NCBI RefSeq assembly: GCF_963921235.1
Contig: NC_086097.1
Span: 140,494,001 to 140,558,000, forward strand
Length of the DNA: 64,000 nucleotides
Reading direction: 5' to 3'
DNA from: Mobula hypostoma
Lineage: Eukaryota
A program made the position numbers and the translations under genes. Positions 50,396 to 61,062 of the stretch are shown here, one piece after another. Positions within the stretch are counted from its first letter, which is position 1, and each line of letters begins with the position of its first letter. Under the pieces are notes generated by a model. That model ran no database searches. It was not told where the DNA came from and saw only the letters and a list, made by a program, of their open reading frames with translations.

Positions 50396-52514
50396 GTTAA
50401 TGTATTATTCTAATTGCAATATACAAAATAATAATTTGTACAGAAGTGGAGGATCCAAGATTATGAAGATTGCAAAATTGTCTGTGTCTGATAAAGTAAA
50501 AAAAAAATAGGCTGCAGAAAGACGATAATAGTCCGGAAAGATGTATACAAGTGACAGTCAATTTCTTGCCCTTGACCTCACCTTTTTTTCCCTGTCCTGA
50601 TGGGGGGGGGGGGGGCCTCGGCCTGGGGCGTTGATGGTGCTCTTTTTGGTGGATGCTGCCTGGCCTGTTGAGTTCCTCCAGCATCTTCAGATTTTCTGTT
50701 GCTTGCGATTGGACCAGTGGACCATGCTTAGTCTGTCCTTTACCCTTTGACCTGCTTGGCATGGATGACCCTATTAAAGCCAAAGTATAAAGCCCTGACT
50801 GCAGGTAGTGTAGTTCTCTGGATAATTGAGACACGAAAGCCTCCAAACCACAACAAGGTTCTGTGACCATGCTCACTAATCCACCAATTTTTATTTATAT
50901 ATTTATTTTTGCTGGCTATATGTGTCCAGTTTTTATATATAATATTTACACTTGTCCTATTCACAAAGAACTGAGGCCTGAGCACTGGTCCTCATTGGTA
51001 ACCAGAATAATATCCTTCCACCACTACTGTCTTCTATGGTCAAGCAAAATTTGAAAGCAATCTATGAAACTTCCATTCATCCTGTGTCCCTTATTTTTTG
51101 CATCAGCCTACTATGTGGGAATCTTTTCACAAGCTATACCGAAGTCCGTTTATGCAGCATCTACTACTCTATCTCATTAATCATCTTTGTCACCTTCTCA
51201 GAGAAACTCAATTAAGGTTTCCAAACCTTGCCATTCTTGTGTTTCTTGCTCAGGAACATGTTTGGTCCTGAATTCTGCTCATCTGTTCTTTAACACTTCC
51301 ACTTAGGTCCAGACTTGTGCCCTCCACAAGTATCTGAAAACCCATGGCATTTGATAACTGTTCCAAAAATGCTTCCCCACAGAAACTCCAATTACCTGAT
51401 TTAGCTTTGCAATAGTAAATGATTTATAGCCTCTAAGACACCAGTTAGTGCTCCTCTTGTTTTATGTATTTTTCCTCAGCATGACAAAGTTTTAGTTTAT
51501 TTTTTGTTAGGCAGGTCAATGCTGAAGTGGTTGGAAAAGATCTTTTTCGTTTATAGTAAGAGTTGGAACCACACCTTTCTGATTGAGGCTAGGGTGCCAC
51601 CAATTTATGCAATTCGACTTGTAAACCATTTCTATGCTTTGTAATGGGTCTTATTGGCCAAAGGATCTACTTGGAGTACTCACTGTATCTAACCCAGGAG
51701 ATTCTGCAGGTGCTGGAAATCTTGAGCATTACACACACAAAAAATGCTGGAGGAACTCAGCAAGTCAGGCACCATTTCTTAATAAACAGTTGATGTTTTG
51801 CAAAGAAACCATTCATCTACTTTCCCTAGTGCTGCTTTCAGTTCAGAAATTTGGCAGTAATTTAAAATCACTTGTACATTCAAATTATTCTCAAATTTGG
51901 CACGAATTTTACTGACTTCACTGTTTTGTGTAAGGGTTATGTATTTCCAAGTGGGATTTTTCAAAAGCTAGAGGGGGAAAAATAAGTTGATGTGCTCAAA
52001 AGACTGAAGTTGAAGTCATGAAACAAAAATATTGCTAAAGAGATGATGGAAGTTTTCAGTTTTCTAACTGCTGAAAGCTCAAATCTCTGGTAAAGAAGTT
52101 ACATTGAGTGTCACCAATCTTGGCCTAATTCAGAACATTTTCTAGCTTATGTCCAGGAAGTAAGAACCGCGGAATGAATGAAAGAAGGTGGTCATTGATC
52201 AGTATTGTAGTTTGGATAATCTGTTGCTGAGGGATGAAAGTCAATCTCAAGATTTCTTTCTTGAGATTGAGTGACCAGTAAACATCTTTTTGACACCTGC
52301 AAACTTGCATAGAGTGCTACACTTACACGTTAAGTGTACATGCAAGAACCTATTATTAATTTCACATTGGATGTCAGTGAATTTAAAAAATACAATTGTT
52401 ACTCTGGCAAATAGTTTAGAGTTAAAGTAAATGGTCCTGCTGTCAATTGTTACAACTGCAAGTTTCTTGTTAAAAATATACAATGACTTCAGTGGAAGGA
52501 TCACTACAGGAAGG

Positions 52515-53005
52515 GTTTGGAAGCCATAGAAAGGGTGCAGAGGAGATTTACAAGGATGTTGCCTGGATTGGGGAGCATGCCTTACGAGAATAGGTTGAGT
52601 GAACTCGTCCTTTTTTCTTTGGAGCGACGGAGGGTGAGAGGTGACCTGATAGAGGTGTATAAGATGATGAGAGGCATTGATCGTGTGGATAGTCAGTGGC
52701 TTTTTCCCAGGGCTGAAATGGTTGCCATAAGAGGCCACAGGTTTAAGGTGCTAGGGAGTAGGTACAGAAGAGATGGCAGAGGAAGTTTTTTACGCAGAGT
52801 GGTGAGTGCGTGGAATGGGCTGCCGGCAACGGTGGTGGAGGCGGATGCGATAGGGTCTTTTAAGAGACTTTTGGATAGGTACATGGAGCTTAGAATAATA
52901 GAGGGCTATGGGTAAGCCTAGTGATTTCTAAGGTAGGGACATGTTCGGCACAACTTTGTGGGTCGAAGGGCCTGTATGGTGCTGTAGGATTTCTATGTTC
53001 TATGT
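52515..53005 (+). mobile_element. CR1 LINE 3' fragment
   Basis: ERVQRRFTRMLPGL...RGDLIEVYK...FKRLLDRYM, and (TTCTATG)n tail at about 52990-53005. Confidence 0.9.
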
Positions 53006-53189
53006 GCATCCGGAAATACATGCATTTTGGGAGATCAGATAACGCAAGGGACTGCATAATAAATTGTCAGAAACTTAATTCGTGTAGAGAACACCTTACA
53101 AATGACCTCCTTCCATCCTGTAAATACTTTTGACTACAAGAACCTTTGAGACGCTACTATTAAAAAAACAAAGACACAAAATTCCCTAA

Positions 53190-53302
53190 ACTCTACGTTC
53201 CTCCGCCTCCTTACGAATACCGCACTCCCTTCGACAGTAACAGTCCCAGGGCTGCATTTGCGCATGCTCCCCGTCCCACACAGGCGCAGTTGTGAGCGCT
53301 GG
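53190..53302 (+). promoter_or_regulatory. NT5C3A: NT5C3A CpG-rich promoter / 5' UTR region
   Basis: CpG-rich stretch directly upstream of the ATG. NRF1-like TGCGCATGCT at 53259-53268. Confidence 0.6.
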
Positions 53303-53440
53303 ATGGAGCGGGCGGTAGTGACGCGCCTGGGCGTGGTGGTGGGGAGTATAGTGTGTGCAGCGATCGGTGGCGCCCTACTGACCCAGTACATCTTCACCAT
53401 GAAGAAGAAAGCCGGCCGGAAGACTAAGATCATCGAGATG
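53303..53440 (+). CDS. NT5C3A: Cytosolic 5'-nucleotidase 3A, first coding exon (N-terminal hydrophobic segment of the long isoform)
   Basis: MERAVVTRLGVVVGSIVCAAIGGALLTQYIFTMKKKAGRKTKIIEM aligns to the human long-isoform start MDRAAVARVG...AQYIFTLKRKTGRKTKIIEM. Phase-0 donor ATG|gtaagt. Lies near BBS9, as in human. Confidence 0.93.
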
Positions 53441-53751
53441 GTAAGTGAACCAGTGAGAGGGGAATGAAGCAGGATGTTGGCCGAGCTGGCTGGCCGGGCG
53501 GCCAGGAATTGGAGGCACACACTGAAATGCGGTATCCACTGGAGGTGATCAGCCTGCTTGAAGTGCAAGTGTGAGATAGACTTCCTGTTCTTACAAGCAA
53601 GAAATGCAGGAAACACTTAGTATCCAAAGGAGAAAGACAGACAGACTTTTCAGCATTTCTAATTATTATTTCAGATTTCTAGCTTTCCTATATAATCCCC
53701 GGACTTGTTCGAATTGACCCTCTTATGTACAGGCCACTTTACTCTAACCTT

Positions 53752-54464
53752 AGGAATTCTGCAGATGCTGGAAATTCAAGCAACACACATCAAAGTTGCT
53801 GGTGAACGCAGCAGGCCAGGCAGCATCTCTAGGAAGAGGTACAGTCGACGTTTCAGGCCAAGACCCTTCGTCAGGACTAACTGAAGGAAGAGCTAGTAAG
53901 AGATTTGAAGGGGGAGGGGGAGATCCAAAATGATAGGAGAAGACAGGAGGAGGAGGGATGGAGCCATACCATGGCCTCCTCTACTGTAAGGATGAAGCCA
54001 CACTCAGGTTGGAGGAACAACACCTTATATTCCGTCTGGGTAGCCTCCAACCTGATGGCATGAACATTGACTTCTCAAACTTCTGATAATGCCCCACCTC
54101 CCCCTCGTACCCCATCCGTTATTTATTTATATATGCACATTCTTTCTCTCTCCTTTTTCTCCCTCTGACTATACCCCTTGCCCATCCTCTGGGTTCCCCC
54201 CTCCCCCTTTCCTTCTCCCTGGGTCTCCTGTCCCATGATCCTCTCTTATCCCTTTTGCCAATCACCTGTCCAGCTCTTGGCTCCATCCCTCCCCTTCCTG
54301 TCTTCTCCTATCATTTTGGATCTCCCCCTCCCCCTCCCACTTTCAAATCTCTTACTAGCTCTTCCTTCAGTTAGTCCTGACGAAGGGTCTCAGCCCAAAA
54401 TGTCGACCGTACCTCTTCCTAGAGATGCTGCCTGGCCTGCTGCGTTCACCAGCAACTTTGTGTG
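53752..54464. mobile_element. Self-inverted Penelope-like insertion with 13-bp TSD
   Basis: Minus-strand terminal repeat (53752 to about 53965) joined to a plus-strand GIY-YIG C-terminus, 3' region and terminal repeat. TTACTCTAACCTT at 53739-53751 and 54465-54477. Confidence 0.88.
53843..53878 (-). ncRNA. Minimal type I hammerhead ribozyme motif
   Basis: Minus strand reads AGUC-CUGACGA-AGGGUCUUGGCCU-GAAAC-GUC-GACU: intact CUGANGA and GAAA boxes, stem I AGUC/GACU, palindromic ACGU helix III and a GUC cleavage triplet. Activity untested. Confidence 0.7.
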
Positions 54465-55308
54465 TTACTCTAACCTTGGTGGGTGTATCAAACCCTGTCT
54501 TTTTTTATTTAGATCAGAATCAGCCTTATTATCACTGACATCTGTTGTGAAATTTGTTTGTTTTGCAGCAACAATACATTGTAGGGCATTAAATTACTGG
54601 AAGTTACAAAACAAAAGTAGTGCAAACAAGGATTAACAAGCTCGTGTTCATGGACCATTCAGAAATTAGGGGGAAAAGTTGCACCTAAAACATTGGTTAT
54701 AGGTCTTCAGGCTCCTGTATTTCCTCCCTGGTGATGGTAAAAGAAGAGGGCATTCCCCAGATGGTGAGTGCCCTTTATGATGGATGGCATCTTCTTGAGG
54801 CACTGCCCCTTGAAGGTGTCTTCTGGTGGGGAGGATTGTACCTGTGATGGATCTGGCCAAATCTACAGCCCTCTGCAGCTTCTTGTGATCCTGTCAATTG
54901 AAGCCTCCATACCAATCTATGATACAACTAGACAAAATGCTCTCCACCATATGTCTATTAAAATTTACAAAAGAGTCATGGTGACATGCAAAGCTCCTCG
55001 AACTCCTAATGAAGTAGAGCTGCTTATATGCATTTTTTGTGGCTACATCAGTTATGTTGGGTCCAAGATAGATTCTGTTGAGCTGTTGATGGCCAAGAAC
55101 AATCCTCGAGTTGTTGATGCCCAGGATCCTGAAGCTCCTCATCCCTTCCACCTGTGTGTGTCGCCACCCAAGGCACCAATCTGCTAATTAAATTTGCTGA
55201 CGGCACTACACTGATTGGCCTAATCTCAAATAATACTGAGTCAGCATACAGAGAAGTCGTCACCACCCTGACACAGTGGTGTCAAGAAAACAACCTCTCG
55301 CTCAATGT

Positions 55309-57887
55309 ACTATGGACATGTGGTCGATGTTTAGAGATCTCTTGCAGGATGTTAGGGATAAATTTGTCCCGGTGAGGAAGATAAAGAATGGTAGGGTGAA
55401 GGAACCATGGGTGACAAGTGAGGTGGAAAATCTAGTCAACTGGAAGAAGGCAGCATACATGAGGTTTAGGAAGCAAGGATCAGATGGGTCTATTGAGGAA
55501 TATAGGGAAGCAAGAAAGGAGCTTAAGAAAGGGCTGAGAAGAGCAAGAAGGGGGCATGAGAAGGCCTTGGTGAGTAGGGTAAAGGAAAACCCCAAGGCAT
55601 TCTTCAATTATGTGAAGAAAAAAAGGATGACAAGAGTGAAGGTAGGACTGATTAGAGGTAAAGGTGGGAAGATGTGCCTGGAGGCTGTGGAAGTGAGCCA
55701 GGTCCTCAATGAATACTTCTCTTCGGTATTCACCAATGAGAGGGAACTTGATGATGGTGAGGACAATATGAGTGAGGTTGATGTTCTGGAGCATGTTGAT
55801 ATGAAGGGAGAGGAGGTTTTGGAGATGTTAAAATACATTAGGACGGATAAGTCCCCGGGGCCTGATGGAATATTCCCCAGGCTGCTCCACGGGGCAAGGG
55901 AGGAGATTGCTGAGCCTCTGGCTAGGATCTTTATGTCCTCGTTGTCCACAGGAATGGTACCGGAGGATTGGAGGGAGGCGAATGTAGTCCCCTTGTTCAA
56001 AAAAGGTAGTAGGGATAGTCTGGGTAAATTATAGACCAGTGAGCCTTGCGTCTGTGGTGGGAAAGCTGTTGGAAAAGATTCTTAGAGATAGGATCTATGG
56101 GCATTTAGAGAATCATGGTCTGATCAGGGACAGTCAGCATGGCTTTGTGAAGGGCAGATCGTGTCTAACAAGCCTGATAGAGTTCTTTGAGGAGATGACC
56201 AGGCATATAGATAAGGGTAGTGCAGTGGATGTGATCTATATGGATTTTAGTAAGGCATTTGACAAGGTTCCACACGGTAGGCTTATTCAGAAAGTCAGAA
56301 GGCATGGAATCCATGGAAGTTTGGCCAGGTGGATTCAGAATTGGCTTGCCTGCTGAAGGCAGAGGGTGGTGGTGGAGGGTGTACATTCAGATTGGAGGAT
56401 TGTAACTAGTGGTGTCCCACAAGGATCGGTTCTGGGACCTCTACTTTTCGTGATTTTTATTAATGACCTGGATGTGGGGATAGAAGGGTGGGTTGGCAAG
56501 TTTGCAGACGACACAAAGGTTGGTGGTGTTGTAGATAATGTAGAGGATTGTTGAAGATTGCAGAGAGACATTGATAGGTTGCAGAAGTGGGCTGAGAAGA
56601 GGCAGATGAAGTTCAACCTGGAGAAGTGTGAGGTGGTACACTTTGGAAGGACAAACTCCAAGGCAGAGTACAAAGTAAATAGTCATAGTCATACTTTATT
56701 GATCCTGGGGGAAATTGGTTTTCGTTACAGTTGCACCATAAATAATTAAATAGTAATAAAACCATAAATAGTTAAATAGTAATATGTAAATTATGCCAGG
56801 AAATAAGTCTAGGACCAGCCTATTGACTCAGGGTGTCTGACCATCCAAGGGAGGAGTTGTAAAGTTTGATGGCCACAGGCAGGAATGACTTCCTATGACG
56901 CTCTGTGTTGCATCTCGGTGGAATGAGTCTCTGGCTGAACGTACTCCTGTCCCACCCAGTACATTATGTAGTAGGTGGGAGACATTGTCCAAGATGGCAT
57001 GCAACTTGGACAGCATCCTCTTTTCAGACACCTCCGTCAGAGAGTCCAGTTCCATCCCCACAACATCACTGGCCTTACGAATGAGTTTGTTGATTCTGTT
57101 GGTGTCTGCTACCCTCAGCCTGCTGCCTCAGCACACAACAGCAAACATGATCGCGCTGGCCACCACAGACTCGTAGAAATGGCAGGATACTTGGTAGTGT
57201 GGAGGAGCAGAGGGATATGGGGGTACATTTCCACCAATCTCTGAAAGTTCCCTCACAGGTGGATAGGGTAGTTGAGAAAGCTTATGGGGTGTTAGCTTTC
57301 ATAAGTCAAGGGATAGAGTTTAAGAGTCGCGATGTAATGATGCAGCTCTATAAAACTCTGGTTAGGCCACACTTGGAGTACTGTGTCCAGTTCTGGTCCC
57401 CTCACTATAGGAAGAATGTGGAAGCATTGGAAAGAGTACAGAGGAGATATACCAGGATGCTGCCTGGTTTAGAGAGTATGCATTATGATTAGAGATTAAG
57501 GGAGCTAGGGCTTTACTGTTTGGAGAGAAGGAGAATGAGAGGAGACATGATAGAGGTGTACAAGATAATAAGAGGAATAGATAGAGTGGATAGCCAGCGC
57601 CTCTTCCCCAGGGCACCACTGCTCAATACAAGAGGACATGGCTTTAAGGTACGGGGTGGGAACTTCAAGGGGGATATTAGAGGAAGGTTTTTTACTCAGA
57701 GAGTGGTTGGTGCGTGGAATGCACTGGCTGAGTCAGTGTTGGAGCCAGATACACTGGTGAAATTTAAGAGACTACTAGACAGGTATATGGAGGAATTTAA
57801 GGTTGGGGGTTATATGGGAGGCAGGGTTTGAGGGTCGGGACAACATTGTGGGCCGAAGGGCCTGTACTGTGCTGTACTGTTCTATGT
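55309..57887 (+). mobile_element. 5'-truncated CR1 LINE (RT)
   Basis: [34 protein letters not shown] and FADDTK motifs. TCAATGT duplicated at 55302-55308 and 57888-57894. Confidence 0.93.
56681..57176 (-). mobile_element. Short Rex1-like 3' fragment inserted in CR1
   Basis: AATAAA plus (TATGAC)n tail on minus. YESVVASAIMFAVVC peptide. AAAT duplicated at the junctions. Confidence 0.8.
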
Positions 57888-60374
57888 TCAATGTCGCAAA
57901 AACAAAGGAGCTGGTTGTGGACTACAGGAGGAATGGAGACAGGCTAACCCCTATTGACATCAATGGTTCTGGGGTTGGGAGCGTGAACAGCTTTAAGTTC
58001 CTCGGCTTAAACATCACCAAGGATCTTGCGTGGTCTGTACCAGCTGTGTGATGAAAAAGGCACGACAGCACCTCTTTCACCTCAGACGGTTGAAGGAGTT
58101 TGATGTGGGCCCCCAAATCCTAAGAACTTTCTATAGGGGCACAATTGAGAGCATCCTGACTGGCTGCATCACTGTCTGGTATGGGAACTGTACTTCTCTC
58201 AATCGCAGGACTCTGCAGATAGTGCTGCAGACAGCCCAGCACATCTGTAGTTGTGAACTTCCCACTGTTCAAAGGCAGGTGTGTAAAAAGGGCCTGAAGG
58301 ATCATTGGGGACCCGAATCACCCCAACCACAAATTGTTACAGCTGCTACATCGGGGAAACGGTACCGCAGCATAAAAGCCAGGACCAACAGGCTCCTGGA
58401 CCACTTCTTCCACCAGGCCATCAGACTGATTAATTCATGCTGACACAACTGTATTTCTCTGTTATATTGACTGTCCTGTTGTACATACTATTTATTATAA
58501 ATTACTATAAATTGAACATTGCACTTTTAGACAGAGACGTAATGTAAAGATTTTTACTCATGTATATGAAGGATGTAAGTAATAAAGTCAATTCAATTCA
58601 ACTCAACCGCCCAATCTGTCTCACAACTGTACTTGTCTGAGATTCTGCCGACAACAATGGTGATTTCTGCAAATCTCTGGATGGTATTTGAGCTGTGCCT
58701 AGCTGCGCAGTCCTGGAGTAGAGCAGTGGGCTAAACACATTCTTGAGATGTGCCTGTGTTGATTGCCAGCAAGGAAGAGACATTGTTACCAATCTGCTTT
58801 GACTGTGGTCTCCCATTAAGGAAGTCGGAAGATCCATTTTTTGAGGGAGGTGCAGTAGCCCAGGTTTTGAAGCTTGTTGATTAGTATAGAGGGGATGATG
58901 GTTTTGAATGCCGAGTGCCAAGCTGTAATCAATAGCCTACACGTATGTTTTGCTGTTGGCTAGGTGCTCCAAAGCTGAGTAGAGTGCTAATGAGATTGCA
59001 TACTGTTGTGGTGGGAGGCAAATTGCAACCAAGCAATTGTCTTGAGTAAGTACACTCTGCTCTTCTTGGCCACAAATATGATTGATGCCAGGACATCAGC
59101 AACAATGGCTTGTCTTTCCCTTTTTTGAATGGGTACCTGAGATGTCCACCTCTCAAGATGCCAGTTGTGGTCCTTTGCAATATCAGATAAAGGTTTGGCA
59201 GCAGTTTCAAAGTGACCTGATGATACCCAGTTATGCCTCATCAGCACTTCCCTTGATCTATACACTGCCTCTTAAAATCTGATTGTTTGCACAACATTGA
59301 ACAGAAATTTCTCAAACCTGCACCAGACTTTTCCAGACTTTGGTGTTTTATTTGATGTCATTACCACAATGGTTTGTTTCTTGCTGTATGGCATCACCTG
59401 AAACCAGCCCATCTCGGTTCACCGATGTGTATGATTGCCTCTGAATTTAAAATATGTAGTGAGCTACCCCGCTTCATTTTCTCTCACCCCCCTCTCCCAC
59501 CCAAACATGTGCTAGAGGCGTGTGGCAGTCTGCTCCAGGTCCTATTCGACTGTGTTGGTCGTTGATGTAAATGATGCATTTCATTGTATGTTTTGATGTA
59601 CATATGACAAACAAGCCCAAATTTTAATCTTTAAAATACACTTATTTTGGTTGCTAGTCTACTGTAAAAATTGTTGTCAAATCCCTACTTGTCTTTAACC
59701 TAATCTAACCCTACAATCCAGTGATTTTCTGTTTGTATAAAATCTGCACTTTTACAATTCTGAACTCTCCATTTTCCCCACTTTTAATAGGTGATATAGC
59801 TTCACTTGCAAATATTCTACTTTCAAGGTATCTTTCTGTCTGTCCATTATGGCATTTCCTTATGGGATTCTTTGTCTCATATTGCTTACTAATGTTCCCA
59901 TGAAGTACTCTACATATGGTGCCACACAAAATGCTGTAGAAATGCAAGTTTTGTAAACCATGTCTTAAGCAAAGCCAAACATGGCTCTCATTTGAGGTGA
60001 TGTTTGTGGTTTTTACTGAAAAGTTGAAAATCAAATTGTTTGCATGTTCCAGAATGGTGCAATTAGAACAATACAACATGGGAAGATCCTTCATCCTGGG
60101 ATGTTGCACTGAACTAATTAAGATAATGAACCTATTCCCTTCTGCTTGCTCATGGTCTGTTTCACACCATCCCTGCATTTTATTATATGTATCTAAGAGC
60201 CTCTTAAACACCTTTATTGTATCTGCCTCCAACAAACAACTCGGCACCAGTTTGGTCATTGTACATAGGGCAAGAAATAGACTAGAAGTGCATCTAGGTG
60301 ACCAAAGTTCAGGCTCTGAATTTATAAGGTAAGGAGAATGAGTAAAGTTAATCTTTCTTTGCAGCTTAATTTTA

Positions 60375-61062
60375 GATTATTTAGATTATTTTTTAGATTA
60401 TGAGGACACGCAGTCCTCTTTTATTGTCATTTAGAATGCATTAAGAAATGACACAATGTTCCTCCAGTGTGATATCACAGAAACACAAGACAGACCAAGA
60501 CTGAAAAACTGACAAAAACCACATAATTATAACATATAGTTACAACAGTGCAAGCAATACCGTAATTCGATAGAAGAACAGACCATGGGCACGGTAAAAA
60601 AAAGTCTCAAATTCTCTCGAAAGTCCCAACATCTCACGCAGATGGCAGAAGGAAGAAAACTCTCCCTGCCATGAACTTCCAGTGCTGCAAACTTGCCAAT
60701 GCAGCATCCTGGAAGCACCCGACCACAGTCCAACTCTCAGTCCGTCTGAAAACTTTGAGCCTCCAACCAGCCCTCCGATGCCGAGCACCGAGCACCATCT
60801 CTGCTGAGCGCTTCGATCCCAGCCCCAGCTGCCAGCAACAGGCAAAGCCGAGGATTTGGGGCCTTCTCTCCAGAGATTCTTGATTGCACAGTAGCAGCGG
60901 CAGCGAACCTGGCATTTCAGAAGTTTTTCCAGATGTTCCTCCATGCTTCTCACATCTGTCTCCATCAAATCAGGATCGTGCACGGTCCCTATTTAACAAA
61001 TACGATATCAATTCACCGGAGAGGCTGCACGTGCTGCATCGCGCCGCCATCTTCTCCTCCCC
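60375..61062 (-). mobile_element. Non-autonomous LINE-derived element
   Basis: Minus strand starts GGAGGAGAAGATGGCGGCGCG and ends AATAAAA...(TAATCTA)n-like tail. No coding homology seen. Confidence 0.55.

Larger units (their letters stand above)
55153..58600 (+). mobile_element. Rex1/Babar LINE 3' part interrupted by CR1
   Basis: LLIKFADGTTLIGL...WCQENNLSLNV | AKTKELVVDYRR continues across the CR1. Tail AATAAAGTCAATTCAATTCA. Very similar to the 31840-33440 copy. Confidence 0.88.
54510..58990 (-). mobile_element. Rex1/Babar LINE (outer element of the nest; its own sequence at 54510-55152 and 58601-58990)
   Basis: Tail at about 54510-54525 and ESILSSCIIDWYG motif. Sequence continues collinearly after 58600 when compared with the 46074-47120 copy. 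Confidence 0.7.

Noticed and set aside
53134..53616. 160-aa minus-strand ORF over the NT5C3A promoter and exon 1
   Set aside because: Antisense shadow of a GC-rich exon, with no recognisable domain.
8165..54464. Recurring short palindromic motif as a CRISPR-like array
   Set aside because: Copies are dispersed in both orientations and attached to PLE sequence. No regular spacers or cas genes, and the context is eukaryotic.
55276..56034. 252-aa ORF as a possible host gene
   Set aside because: Chimera of a Rex1 end and CR1 ORF2; frameshifted downstream.
59690..59715. Telomere-like TAACC/TAATC/TAACCC run
   Set aside because: Only three degenerate units, compatible with chance.
59711..60259. 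182-aa minus-strand ORF
   Set aside because: Begins in a CR1 3' remnant (VFKRLLDTY) and runs into AT-rich intron. No splice or homology support.
60240..60335. Possible NT5C3A alternative exon ending AAG|gtaagg
   Set aside because: No similarity to the NT5C3A peptides I know and a weak acceptor. Needs RNA-seq.
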